From assembly GCA_964016885.1 (NCBI GenBank), contig OZ024744.1, positions 68,944,001 through 69,008,000 of the forward strand: DNA of 64,000 bases, in the 5' to 3' direction. The translations under genes and the position numbers were made by a program. The stretch's first letter is position 1. Each line of letters begins with the position of its first letter. Below, piece after piece: positions 1 to 12,527 of this stretch. Origin of the DNA: Eledone cirrhosa (Eukaryota). Below the pieces are notes generated by a model. It saw only the letters and a program-made list of their open reading frames with translations, did not search any database and was not told the origin of the DNA.

Positions 1-173
1 TGTGTATTTATGTGTATGTATATATATATATATATGTGTGTGTATATATATGTGTGTGTGTGTTTATATACTTTTCTATTTATTATCTTTTTCTACTTCT
101 TCCTTCAGCCTCACTGTCATATTTCTAATATTTTTGATTTTCAAATCCACATCCAATAAAAACACCAGGATTT

Positions 174-233
174 TTTCATTCTGACGAACGAAAGCAGATT
201 TATTTGCTTTCAAGAAACCAGTGGTAAATGAAA
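174..233 (+). ncRNA. Type I hammerhead ribozyme motif (Penelope pLTR-like)
   Basis: Stem I TTTCATT/AATGAAA; core CTGACGA at 181-187; stem II GAAAGCAGA/TTTGCTTTC with a mismatched base; GAAA; stem III ACC-AGT-GGT; cleavage triplet GUA. Confidence 0.75.
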
Positions 234-323
234 TAATCATCTTATGTTGTTTATTACATAAATAAGCTCTGTAACCTACAAAGAGCACTCTTTTTTCCTG
301 GACCTTTCCGACGGAATTACTTC

Positions 324-508
<185 letters not shown>

Positions 509-611
509 TTGTAAGGTTTTTGATATGAAATCGTGTGTTACAATCAATATTGTTATATTTTGGAAGGGTCAATTTGTTATAATATATTTCTGGCAATATT
601 ATAACATGACC

Positions 612-2057
612 CTCTCCAAGTGCCCCAATAATCACAGGCATAAATCTGAAGGTGTAATCAGGGTGGAGTATCTGCAGATTTCTCATTAGTTCTGCATAAA
701 TATTCTCCTTTTCGCTAATCTTTGATATTATATTGGCATCTGCTGGGCAGCTAACTTCCACTACTATGCATGCCTTCTTTTCCCTGTCCCATATCATAAT
801 ATCTGGTCTCTTATGTCTGCATTTTATTGGGGTTTTTACTGGAACATTCCACCAGTACTCTTTCCTATTATGTATATGGATGTCTTCCACATTGCTGTAG
901 CTTTTAATGTGTTTATTATCGGGGCTATCTTTTCTACGGATTGCATTGTACAGTGTTTGGGCCACTACATCATGCCTCATAGGTAGATAGTACCGTGATG
1001 ACATCCTTGAACAGCTACTTATGACATGGGTGACATCTTCGATGTTAATTCTGCAGAGTCTGCACTTGTTATCACATCTAGGTGTTTAGCCTGCATCCCT
1101 ATCTCTTTTGTGAATACGTTATTTCGTGTTGATTTCCCGTTCTTGGATTGCAAAAGCGTATCCTTCAAAGGTTGTTGTTCTAAGATAGACTACTTTCCTT
1201 ATCTATATTACTCTCAGTCTGGGGCTTTCTGGCAACATATCGATGCATGAATTTTTGCTGATAAGCATGTAGTTTTCATCCGCGGTACTGCTGGGCAACT
1301 TCCCAGGTCAAGATTTTTCTTCATCCAATCCATGTTCAATGCATAGAGTCTCACATTATCCACAAAGAAATTACGGGTTAAGTTCGTATTTCTGTCCTCC
1401 TGTGAGCCAATGATGTATCCTTCACATTTCTTGAGCAGAAAGGACAAGGGGTTTAATGACAGGATGAATAATATCACAGAGAGACTGGCTCCCTGAAATA
1501 TACCCCTGCGATATTATATTTTATCAGTGAAAATAGAGTCCTCCCTCTCTGTCTTTAACCCTAGGATTGTAGCTCAAGAAGAAGACAGCTTCTCTATGGC
1601 TCTGATAATAATGTCTGGGACTTTAGCAAGTCTGAGGGCCTTTATCATCCAAGAGTGGAGGACAGAATCAAATGCTTTCTTGTAGTCCAGCCAGACTGTA
1701 GCCATAGTCCTCCTAAGTTATCGCACCTCTGACATCGCAGTTTTGTTGATTAGGAGTTGTTCAGCACATCCCAAACCCCTTTCTTTCCAGCTGCTTGTTC
1801 ATCTGTGATGATGTTATTATTTTCACAGTGATCTTGGAGGAATAGGTTCAGGCAGGCTGTATACATCTTATACATCAGGTTCTGGCATCCAATGGCTCGG
1901 TGGTTTTATGCCAAGTGGGTGTCTTTGTTCTTGGGGACCAGTAATGTTTGTGCTAATGTCAACCATTCTGGTATACGTGTGTGTATCTCCCTTAAGAACC
2001 TGTTGGTAGATTTCGGTAAGATACCTCCGATAGAATATCAGTTTTTTGTACCAGTTG
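612..2057 (-). mobile_element. R4/Dong-type non-LTR retrotransposon, truncated and internally deleted (RT fragments, CCHC finger, restriction-like endonuclease)
   Basis: RHD...RPDIMIWD...VEVSCP...K..EK..Y RLE motifs; CRLC...HVISSC finger; WLDYKKAFDSV and FVD RT motifs; homologous to 54758-58200. Confidence 0.9.
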
Positions 2058-2134
2058 ATTGAACGTCTGAAAGTATATACTTTCCTTATGCATATTAACA
2101 CCTGAGCAGCCTAATTTGCATATTACATATATAA

Positions 2135-2712
2135 GGTTTCTTGGTGAGGAGGGTGACTTTGGACATCCTGCAGGACTAAAAACAAAACCTGTCAAAGGAC
2201 AAAGGATCTCTTAAGTGTCAATGGCCATCCAAAATCACCGGGAGAGATGACCCCTTAGCCTTTGTCAAGGCAGAATTCTAGGAGAAGGAAAACTCTGATG
2301 GTATCCAATGGTGTTGACTTGTTCTTCTTTTTGGTAAATATCATCTTGGTTAAGAGAGTGGGACTGGCTTTGTGCAGTGCCTTTGCTCACTATAAAAGCT
2401 TCACGGTACAGGCATTGCTTTATATGTGGAGATCTCTCTGCACTTGTCGTCACATGGTACCATGGGCCCAGCACTATGTGACAATAATTGTCACAAGTGT
2501 AGTGTTTGTACCACAGTTTTCATGTCGCAGGCTGGACTAAAAAGTCACACTCGTTCAGCGCATCGGTAGAGGTTCTCCTACATGGATATAAAGTAGTGGC
2601 CGTACTCGAAAATGAGTTGGCAGCCACCATGTATGTACGTATGTATGTATGTATGTATGTATGTATGTATGTATGTATGTATGTATGTATGTATGTATGT
2701 ATGTATGTATGA
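2135..2712 (+). mobile_element. Non-autonomous RTE end-derived (bipartite SINE-like) element, family A, with (GTAT)n tail
   Basis: Near-identical copy at 58955-59533; shares the TTCTAGGAGAAGG 5' motif and the GGCCRTACTCGA..GAG..GCAGCCA 3' terminus with the RTE at 3890-8160. Confidence 0.8.
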
Positions 2713-3454
2713 GGGAGCTTATAGATAGGACAACACACCCTGTCTTTTCGTGGGGTAAGTTTTTAATTAATTTTTGTATTCTGAAACATCAAAATACAAC
2801 AATTTGTTGGTCACTGGGCTCGGGAATGTCACGACAGAAGTTTGTGGAAGTTACACAAATATTTTAGTATATTTTAGCAGAGCAATCCTTATTTATATTT
2901 TACATTTTACATTTACTTACATCTCAATATTAAATGGCTAAAATTCAAATTTTGCAAAGAGAAGAAAACGGTCAAATGAACTAGATACATCTCACTGCCC
3001 CTCCCCGCCACCACAATAACGTCTACACTCTCTCCCCACCATCACATGTCATTACCCTATCTAGACTAAAGTCATCGACCTGTTGTCAAACTCTCTACTC
3101 TCTGTTGAATGTGTATATATATATGTATGTATATGTGTGTATATACATCACTCAGTCAAATGACCAGATTTCAACCCCAACATCTACAACAACAACACCG
3201 GCACTAATGTTTACAGCAACAACAGCTTCTGAACTGAAATGAATATTTACAACAACAACAACAGCGGCATCAAAAGATTTAAAAAAAAAAAAAAAAGAAA
3301 AAAAAAAAAACTCAAAATAACAAAACACACACACACACGCACACAACACAATAACAACATCAACTGCCACCACCACCACCACCGCCACCACCGCCGCCAT
3401 CACCATCACCAGCGACCTGGCCTTAAGAAAATAACTTTAATAATAATTTTTCTG

Positions 3455-3595
3455 CTTTTGGCACGGATCCAGCGACTGGCCAGCGCATCACTGGTACTCT
3501 CTTTTGTTGACTCCATGGGGATGAAAGGCAAGGTTGACCTCGGCAGGATTTAAGCTCAGAGCGTGGAGAGCCATAACTCTATGCTGTAAAGCAAT
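3455..3595 (-). mobile_element. tRNA-derived SINE (main window family)
   Basis: CTGGTACT...GGATGAAAGGCAAGGTTGACCTCGGCAGGATTT core shared with more than 10 copies in the window. Confidence 0.8.
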
Positions 3596-3679
3596 TATAA
3601 TAATACTGGACTGTAACTATACAAACTATTGAAAGTCAACAGTTGACATAATCTTGTAATCTTGTATCAGTAATGACGG

Positions 3680-3731
<52 letters not shown>

Positions 3732-3889
3732 AAGTGAGTAGCGTGTGTGTGTTTGTTTGTATATATGAGTGTTACTGTGTGCGCGCGTACGTAAGCGTGT
3801 GTGTGCGCGCATATGTATGCGCGTGTGTGTATGTCGTACGTATAAGTGTCAATAAGTGAGTTTTTTTTTTTTTTTTTTTTTTTTGCGCG

Positions 3890-6800
3890 CAGGGACATAG
3901 AAATAATCGGGCTGGATGCCCGATCGCGCAGTTAAACCACTGGGAGTGAAGAACCCCTAACCCTTGTCAGGGCATTCTTCTAGGAGAAGGCATCTCAGGA
4001 AACTGGGTTAACTCCGACATAAAACCTGCGGCTCAGTAGTTACCGATGATGTTGATCTTTTCTTCTTTTCGGGTTATAGCTACTGTCGCTCAGAGAATGG
4101 GATTGGCTCAGTGCACAGTCTTTCCTCACTTTAAAAATATTCGTCACGCACAGGCATTGCACGAGTGCATTAATAATTATTAATAATGTACTATTATTAT
4201 TATTATTATTATTATTACTATTATTATTACTTTTTTTTTTTTTTTTTAAATTCAATGATGTTCCAGAACAATATAAAAGAGATAATTGGCAATTTAGGTT
4301 CTGGAACAAAAAAGATAATTGCCAATAAGGGCAGGGGCCCCAGGTTATCACAGCCTGGGTCCGCTCGTCATCGTGCCATTGTAATAGAGCCAAACAAGGC
4401 ATTTAGTCTTGGCTGCTGGAACGTACGGACGCTGCTTGACAGGGATTCTTTGGAGCGTCCTGAACGAAGGATCGTTCTTGTTGCAAGGGAGCTTCGACGT
4501 TACGATCTTGACATCGTGGCTTTATCTGAGACGAGGTTAGCTGGAGATGGTCATCTTACAGAATTTTGTGGAGAATATACATTCTTCTGGAAAGGAAGAG
4601 ATGAAGGAACCAGAATAGAGGCTGGGGTAGGATTTGCTGTTAAGACTGTACTTGTGAATAAATTAGAAGAATTCCCAGTAGGGATTAGTGAGCGTCTTAT
4701 GTCCATGAGAGTTCCGCTGGACAAAGGAAGATATGCTACCCTGGTGAGTGTGTATGCTCCAACTATGAATTCTGTCGATGAAGAAAAAGTGTCCTTTTAC
4801 CATGCCTTGAAAGGTGTTTTAAGAAATATCCCTCAGGCAGACAAAATCATCGTGCTTGGTGACTTTAATGCTAGAGTGGGTAGGGATTTTAACACATGGA
4901 ATGTAATCGGAAGGCATGGGGTGGGAAAGTGTAACAACAATGGTATGCTCCTGCTGCACATGTGTGAGGAGCTGGATCTGTGTGTTACCAACACCATGTT
5001 CCAACAAAAGAACAAATTCAAGACCACATGGATGCATCCTGCATCTAAGGAATGGCATCTTTTGGACTACGTCCTAGTCAGGATGCGTGACAGACAGGAT
5101 GTGCAGTGTGTTCGTGTTGTTCGTGGAGCCGAGTGCTGGACAGACCACCGCCTGGTACGCGCAAAAGTGAAACTAATCACTAAACGTAAAATCCGGGCTC
5201 CTGGTGTTGCCCTGCCCAAAAGATTGAATGCTGCTCGTCTTAAGGATAAAAATGTGAAGAGGACATTGGAAGAAGAGATGCAGGCTGCAGATCTTGTTGA
5301 GGATTGGCCGACCCTTAAAAAGTCGGTTTATGATGTAGGCAGGCGTGTTCTGGGATTGGTGCAGAGAAAACATCAGGACTGGTTTAATGAGAATGATGTA
5401 CATATAGAAGACTTGTTGGCTGATAAGAGGCGTGCTCTGTCACGCTACTTGACGGCAAAACCACAGGAGAGGAATACGTTGCATGAGGAACTCAGGGATG
5501 TAAAATCACGTGTTAGGCGGAGTCTTTCTCAGATGAAGGATCAGTGGTGGAGTGAGAAGGTTGGTGAGATACAAACTGCGTCTGATTCCAATAACACAAA
5601 GCTGTTTTACAGTCTCTTGCGTGAGGTTTATGGACGGTCCTCTTCTCTGGTGACACCGCTTCGCAGCAAGGATGGCAAATAACTTCTTCGTGACTCACAA
5701 GGAATTCTACGAAGGTGGCGAGAGCACTTTGATGATCTTTTGAATCAGCCGTCTGTCGTCAGTGAAGATTTCCTCAATCTCATTCCAGAAAGTCCTGTGA
5801 AAGTAGCTCTCGCAGAACCTCCGACGCTTGTGGAGGTTGCAGTGGCTATTTCGAAGCTGAACAGTGGAAGATCTCCAGGTATGGATGACATACATGCTGA
5901 GCTCCTACAATATGGTGGTGAGAGACTCCTGCAACATCTACACTCTTTGTTTGGCAGGATATGGGCTAATGAATCCGTACCTGAGGACTGGAGAGATGCA
6001 GTAATGGTTGTCTTGTACAAGGGAAAGGGTAACAGGAATGATTGTGGGAACTACAGAGGTATATCATTGCTTTCTGTCGTAGGGAAAGTTTTATGTAGGG
6101 TGCTTCTGGACCGTCTGCTGTCACACATTGCAGATTGTGTTCTTCCTGAAAGTCAATCTAGTTTTCGTGCTGGACGCGGCACTACTGATATGATCTTCTC
6201 AGCTAGACAGCTCCAGGAGAAGTGCATGGAACAAGGTTTGGATCTGTATCAGGTTTTTATCGATCTGACAAAAGCTTTCGACACGGTTAACAAAGATGCA
6301 TTATGGAAGGTTCTCCAGAAACTTGGTTGCCCTGATAAGTTCCTTGCTTTAGTTAGGTCTTTCCATGACGACATGAAGGCTTGGGTTAATGTCGGAGGTA
6401 ACATGTCGGAGCCTATCTCAGTAAAAAATGGAGTGAAACAGGGGGATATTCCAGCACCGACCCTGTTTGCCATATACTTTGCAATAGTTTTCTGTATTAT
6501 ATTCAGGAATTGCGAGCATGGTGTTTACATCCGATATCGAACCTCAGGCACCATATTTAACATCAGGCGCTTTGCTGCGAAGACAAAAGTATTTACATCA
6601 ATCATGAGAGACCTCTTGTATGCAGATGATTGCGATCTTGTAGCGCACACAGAGAGTGATATGCAGCACATTTTGAATGCATTTTCTGACGCTTGCACTG
6701 CCCTAGGTTTGACTGTCAGTCTCAAGAAAACCGTCGTCATGTGCCAGCCTGCCCCTGGTGAGCAGTACACTGAACCAAACGTCTATGTGTTTGGCAAACG

Positions 6801-8160
6801 GCTTGGAGTGGTTGATCAGTTTGTCTACCTGGAAGGCACTGTCAATCGATACAGCAACCGACAGTGAGGTCTCACTTAGGATTGGAAGAGCAGGTGATGC
6901 TTTCGGAAAGCTAGAAAGGCGACTCTGGGGTCGGCGAGACATATGCAGGAGGACAAAGGTAAAGGTGTACAGGGCATGTGTGCTCTCTTGTCTTCTTTAT
7001 GCCTGCGCGACCTGGGTCACATATCGACACCACCTTAAGCAATTGGAGCGTTTCCATCAGATGTGTCTCAGACGGATCAATGGCATCACTGGGGGGACCA
7101 CATCAGTGATATCGAGATTTTGGAAAGCTCTATGTGTGACAGTATGGAAGCTCTTGTGCTTGGGCGGCGACTCCGTTGGAGTGGTCGCCTTGCCAGGATG
7201 AAGGATTCTAGAATGCCAAGGCAGCTCTTTTATGGAGAGATGGTTGAGGGAAAACGACCGCTACGTAAACCAAGAAAGAGGTATAAGGATTCCTTGAAAG
7301 CCTCTCTGAAAGACGCTAACTTCTCTGCTGATACATGGGAAAATATTGCTGCTGATCGTAATAAATGGAGAAAGACTGTATATGAGGGAAAAGTTGCCTT
7401 TGAGGCATCTCGAATCGCATACGAGAAAGTGAGGCGGGGTGTGAGGAAGGGCATTGCTGTTGCACTTCCGGACGGCGGGGTCCTCCTGTGGTGCTGGCAT
7501 GCGGCGTCTGTGCGGGACTCTGCCTGGGCAGAGCTGGACTCGAGGGTCATCTTCGCAGTCATAAATTGAGACCAGTGGTTGACTACCAGGCTGCTGTTGG
7601 AGATGCTACTCATCATGCTTGCCAAACATGTGGTAGAGAATGTAAATCAGCAGGAGGGCTCAAGCGACATGCAAAAGTACACGACTCCAACCACAGCCGA
7701 CTATTCCCAGTAAATGTTTTAGTTGCCGACTCTGTGCAAGACATTTTAGATCATTGGCTGGGCTAAAAAGCCACATTCGATCGCAGCGCTGTTAGTTGCT
7801 ATCGAGTGTGTGTGTGTGTGTATAGATATGCTTATGTGTGTGCGTGTATGTGTATATATATATGTATATGTATATCATTATTGTTGTTGTCGTTATTATT
7901 ATTGTTGTTATTATTATTATTATTATTATTGTTATTAATGTAAGTGTGTGTGTATGTATGTGTGTGTATATGTGTATGTATGTCTGTATGTATATGTATG
8001 TGTGTGTGTATATATATGTATATATATGTGTATATATGTGTATATATATGTATATATATATATATATATATTTCTTTCTTTTTTTTATATATTTATTAAT
8101 TTCTTTTTTTTTCTCCTCGTGCAATGGCCATATTCGATAACGAGGGAGCAGCCATCATGT
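3890..8160 (+). mobile_element. Near full-length RTE-clade LINE
   Basis: 5' UTR, a single EN-RT reading frame with disablements, C-terminal C2H2 fingers, and an RTE-type 3' terminus at 8118-8158 followed by a (GTAT)n-like tail. Confidence 0.9.
4256..7800 (+). pseudogene. Disrupted RTE ORF: APE endonuclease, reverse transcriptase and three C2H2 fingers
   Basis: WNVRTL, LSETR, GDFNARVG, LDY and TDH (APE); FIDLTKAFD, GVKQG and YADD (RT); nonsense codon at 5680-5682; frameshifts near 6850, 7075, 7480 and 7700. Confidence 0.93.
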
Positions 8161-8419
8161 GTGTGTGTATGTATGTATGTATGTATGAATGTATGTATGT
8201 ATGTAAGTATGTATGTATGTATGTATGTGTGTGTGTGTGTGTATGTATGCATGCATGTATGTTTGCATGTATTTATGTATGTATGTATAAATTATAGAAG
8301 TTTAAAAGATATTGAGAGAAAGAAAGACATATATCATTTGAGAAATACTATGTGTTTCTCAAATGATATATTCCTTTTTGTCTCCATATCTTTTAAACTT
8401 CTATTATTAATGTTCTGAA

Positions 8420-8597
8420 CAGTATCGGTAGAGGGTCGGACGCCATGCTTTGACGCATAGAGTTACGGCCCTTGCCATCCTGAGTTCAAATTCCTCCGAG
8501 GTTAACTTTGCCTTTCATCCTTACGGGGTCGATAAAATAAAGTACCAGTAATGCACTGGGTAATTGCTGGCCTTGTGCCTAAAGTAGAAACAATTAT
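8420..8597 (+). mobile_element. tRNA-derived SINE, 5' truncated
   Basis: GAGTTCAAAT B-box-like motif and CCTTTCATCCTTACGGGGTCGATAAAATAAAGTACCAG core; its first ~68 nt recur almost identically at 9310-9378. Confidence 0.85.
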
Positions 8598-8679
8598 TAA
8601 TGTTCTAAACTAAGGTCCATTGAGCTTTTTTATTGAGAAACATGATCGTCATACATTTAATATCTATCGATGCCTTAAC

Positions 8680-8717
<38 letters not shown>

Positions 8718-8760
8718 GATACAAGGACGAATGGTTACTCCTTCATTTTGTTTATTGGTT

Positions 8761-8845
8761 GGTGACGCGCGTTTCGCTACTGAACAGCTCAAGGCTCAAT
8801 CTGTAACGATCTAGCCCGACTCTGGAATTAAAAGTTCGTCGGACT
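8761..8845 (-). ncRNA. Hammerhead motif (U4C core CCGACGA, long stem II), partly degenerate
   Basis: Reverse strand reads AGT CCGACGA AC...GC GAAAC GCGC GTC ACC. Confidence 0.6.
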
Positions 8846-9154
8846 TCTGTTGTGATAACAGAATGAATATTCATGGCCTACACCGTATCACCACCACATT
8901 TACACCACACACTGCTCAGCCTCAACACATACATGCCAATATGTCTAGGGATAACCAAAACGCCACACCCCGCTACTCACATCAACCTTTGCTCCTCACC
9001 ACTAACTTGTCACTACACTCACCCGCCCCACCTATATTACAGGCGAAAACAATCCTCCTAATTAATCCACCAATCAAAACAACTTAAACTGAGCAACATA
9101 TGAACGTTAAAATTGTTTGTATGTCATGTATATTCATTCTGTTATCACAACAGA

Positions 9155-9239
9155 GGTCCGACGAGCGTTTGATTCCAGATTCGGGCTTGATCGATACAGA
9201 TCGAACCTTGAGGTGATCAGTAGCGAAACGCGCGTCACC
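9155..9239 (+). ncRNA. Type I hammerhead motif (U4C core, ~60 nt stem II domain, palindromic stem III)
   Basis: GGT CCGACGA GC...GC GAAAC GCGC GTC ACC. Confidence 0.78.
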
Positions 9240-9806
9240 AACCAATAAACGAAATGAAGGAGTAACCATTCGTCCTTGTATTATTATGGTCGATAGGGCG
9301 GTGGATCGGCAGTATCGGTAGAGGGTCGGACGCCATGCTTTGACGCATAGAGTTACGGCCCTTGCCATTCTGAGTTCACACGTAAACATCGAGTGCTCAC
9401 CCGGGTGAACCTAGAGTAACTCCGCGTTACACTCCCTGGATATATATATATGTAAGAAACAGACCTTTCGCTAGTGAATCCGATGTAAGAAAGAAGGAAA
9501 ATCGTTTTCGTAGCGAACGGGAGGAAGTAAGAAGGGGAGAAACAGAGAGTGAGAGGAAGTGCGAGGAAGAGGTCAGTAGAGAGAAAGTGTTAACTGACAT
9601 AACAGAGGGGACGAAAGAAAGTAAGAGAAACAGAGAGAACGAGGGAGCAGAAAGAGAGACAGAGAAACACAGAATCGCAGTTTAGGTAAATATATGTGAA
9701 AAATATGGGGAGAAGAATACTGCATGGTTGCACATGGATTACATGTTATAAAATGAGTCCCTCATCAGTGATTTGCCAACGATCATTGGTATTTCATTGC
9801 ATTAAA

Positions 9807-9862
<56 letters not shown>

Positions 9863-9877
9863 TATACATATATGTAC

Positions 9878-10018
9878 AATAAGTAAAAGGACGATTTGTT
9901 ATGTCTTCATTACCTTTATAGAGTAGTGACGGGAGTTTCGCTATTGATCAGCTGAAGATCGAACCTTGCTTTGATTAATAGCGTATTGAAGACATAACAA
10001 ATGGTCCTTTTTATTATT
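9878..10018. repeat. Short fold-back related to 8713-9287, retaining only the GAAAC..GTC half and stem II of the hammerhead
   Basis: AAAAGGACGATTTGTTATGTCTTCA / TGAAGACATAACAAATGGTCCTTTT arms; inner GCTATTGATCA / TGATTAATAGC stem. Confidence 0.7.
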
Positions 10019-10633
10019 ATTACCATTACACTGTGCTTAGTTCTACACAGCTATACCGACTGGAAACTACGTATCCTGTGCTCACTCTGGTGGACCTACA
10101 GTAACTGGATGTTACAATCACTATATATATGTGTGTGTATGTGTGTGTGGGGGGGGGGGGGGGGCGTATGTCTGTGTGTTTACATATATACCTAATTCAA
10201 ATAGACCAGATTTGATTAACCTTAATTTTAGGTTACTAGACATTAACTTTGTTGTCTCTAAGAGTAACGTATGGCGTGTATTCTATTCTGCCGCCTATAT
10301 AAATTGTACTTGCAATTGTTTTAATTTCTAGATTTATAGACTTATATGTGTTAGTATCAATTTTTTTTTTTTTTTTTTTTTTCGAAAAGTTAGTAATGTT
10401 ATAGAAAATATGTTTTATGCCTTTCTGTTTATGTCATTAACATAATTTGTTCTGTCTGGTGATTCATGAATTTTCTGATTCATAAATTTTATAATGATGT
10501 TAAATACTTGTTTAAATTTGTTATGTCATACCACCCAAAACTATCTCTGTTTGTATGAAACAAAACCTATTTAAATTAAAATCTACCAACATTATTTTAT
10601 ATATGAACTATATCTTATAGTTACTATCTTAAT

Positions 10634-10853
10634 AATGGTTTCTGATTTAGGCAACAAAGCCAACAATTTTAGGGGGAAGGGAAAGTCGATAAATCGACCC
10701 CAGTGCATTACTGGTACTTTATTTTATCAACCATGTAAGGATGAATAGCAAAGATAACCTAGGCGGGATTAGAACTCAGAACTTAAAGAACCGTAATTAT
10801 ATGCCTCAAAGCATATTGTCCGGCGCTCTACTGACTCTGTCAATCCACCACCT
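10634..10853 (-). mobile_element. tRNA-derived SINE
   Basis: Family core; GGTGGTGGATTGACAGAG head on the minus strand. Confidence 0.85.
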
Positions 10854-11029
10854 TAATTACTATCTTAATAATGAAACAAATAATAATTTTATTAAATTCC
10901 TGAAAGTTCCCCAGTAACTAATTAAATAGAGTATATTTGATGTGTGTAGTTCTGTGAGGATTACACTTTCCTAAATCTACCACTTTATATTTAGTATTAT
11001 TTGCTTCTAAATCTCTTTAACAAGAATTA

Positions 11030-11520
11030 CATTTCGAAATTATAGGGAAATCCGTTATAGATTATAGAAAGATTGAGAATCAAAGTATTCTCATATGGCA
11101 TGGCTGTGTTAGTACTGAAGATGCTTATATTCTTATGTAGGTGAACTACTGAGGGGTCGTTGAACTCCGGCGAGCGATCCTTCTGGTATTATATGCATGG
11201 AACAGCTAAGTGAACCTTTTAGCAAGATGGCGACCACGCAACTTAGCTATAGGACTATTGTAGCAGAGGGGAAATTCAGGTCACTATCAAAATGCTTTGC
11301 CCAATTATTCAAGGATCAACTTTGTCCATAATGCCGATACGCATTGCGTCATAAAAGTATCATTAGTTTCTTCTGTTTGCATAAGACTGAATCCTACATC
11401 TCATCTTACTATACCTTGATCCAAGCATCTGCTGAAACTTGGCTTATACAGTCTTGCGTATCACGTTGAAAACATTTGTCTGGACCTGAGATGAACTGTC
11501 ATTCTGATGAACTTCGAGAT
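11030..11520 (-). pseudogene. Possible decayed hAT-type transposase fragment
   Basis: FSLMQTEETND resembles the hAT F.L..DE.TD catalytic motif; a CxxH-like remnant lies downstream; heavily disrupted. Confidence 0.3.
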
Positions 11521-12180
11521 GAGTATTCATTAGGTCCAGGAAAACTTGTGTCTTAGTTATTGTTCTAATCTAACCAAGCCTGGTGTTTGTGCAGTCTTAT
11601 AAATACCTATTTGTTGAGGTGTCTGAAATGTACACGCTAATATGGATATTACAGCTTTACTTTACAGCCCCATTCCCCATAAGTTTCTTTTCGATAATCA
11701 CTGAAAGCAGTTTCGAAAAATACAGTCTCCTGATTACCCCCCCCCCCCTATTACCTTTGACTTTAGGGGTTCCCTCGACTGGATATGGACATCAAACCTT
11801 GACTTTAGGGGTGTGTGGGGGATCTAGAAGACAACACCACATATGGTATTAATAAATTAACAAGTCTCTTTCCGACAATAACGCAATCGAAAAGATGCTA
11901 GTGCCTTGAGCAGGGGTACATTTATGACTCCCTAGTTCATTGGGAAAGTGAAAAGACAGTATATCACAATCCGCACAAGCTCTTAAAAAGTAAAAGCTAT
12001 CGCAGGTCCTATTTCCGTTTCCATTCCTTCTGATGGTCCCTTTCAATTTCTTGTAGGTAGTCACATAGTAGATGAAACTACCGAGATTAATAAGCTTGTC
12101 CTAGTTTAGAGGTTCCAGTTCTTCAGAGAACTTTTCCTTGAATTCTTAAAGATTTGCTATTATGAATGCGTAAACAATGA

Positions 12181-12527
12181 TGGTGGATTGGCAGAATCGT
12201 CTGTGCATCGATTCACAATACATTGTAGTATTTTGTTACTGCCCTATACGTTCTGGTTTCAAATTCTGCCTAGGTGAATATTGTTGTTCATCCTTCCGAG
12301 ACGATAATAAAAATAATAGTTTCTTATTACGAGGCCAGCAATTTTGAGGGACGGGAAAGTCGATTAAATCGACCACAGTGCGTGACTGGTACTTTATTTT
12401 ATCGACCCCCGTAAGGATGAAAGGCAAAGTTAACCTCGGGGGGATTTGAAATCAGATCATAAAGAGCCGTAACTCTATGCTGCAAAGCTTGGCGTCCGAC
12501 CCTCCTACCGATTCTGCCAATCCACCG
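12181..12527. mobile_element. Two oppositely oriented tRNA-derived SINEs (12181-12305 on +, 12318-12527 on -)
   Basis: GGTGGATTGGCAGAATCG head appears on both strands. Confidence 0.85.

Larger units (their letters stand above)
8713..9287. repeat. Fold-back element: ~165 bp inverted arms around a ~245 bp spacer, one hammerhead per arm
   Basis: 8713-8877 is the reverse complement of 9123-9287 with scattered mismatches. Confidence 0.92.

Noticed and set aside
3885-4030. HDV-like ribozyme at the RTE 5' end
   Set aside because: Expected for some RTEs, but I could not build the nested double pseudoknot by eye; needs a descriptor search
9670-9772. CTGATGAGG...TAAAC on the minus strand
   Set aside because: G12 is absent and the stems are unconvincing
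11111-11150. Hammerhead-like AGTA CTGAAGA...GAAC TACT
   Set aside because: Stem III and the cleavage triplet are missing
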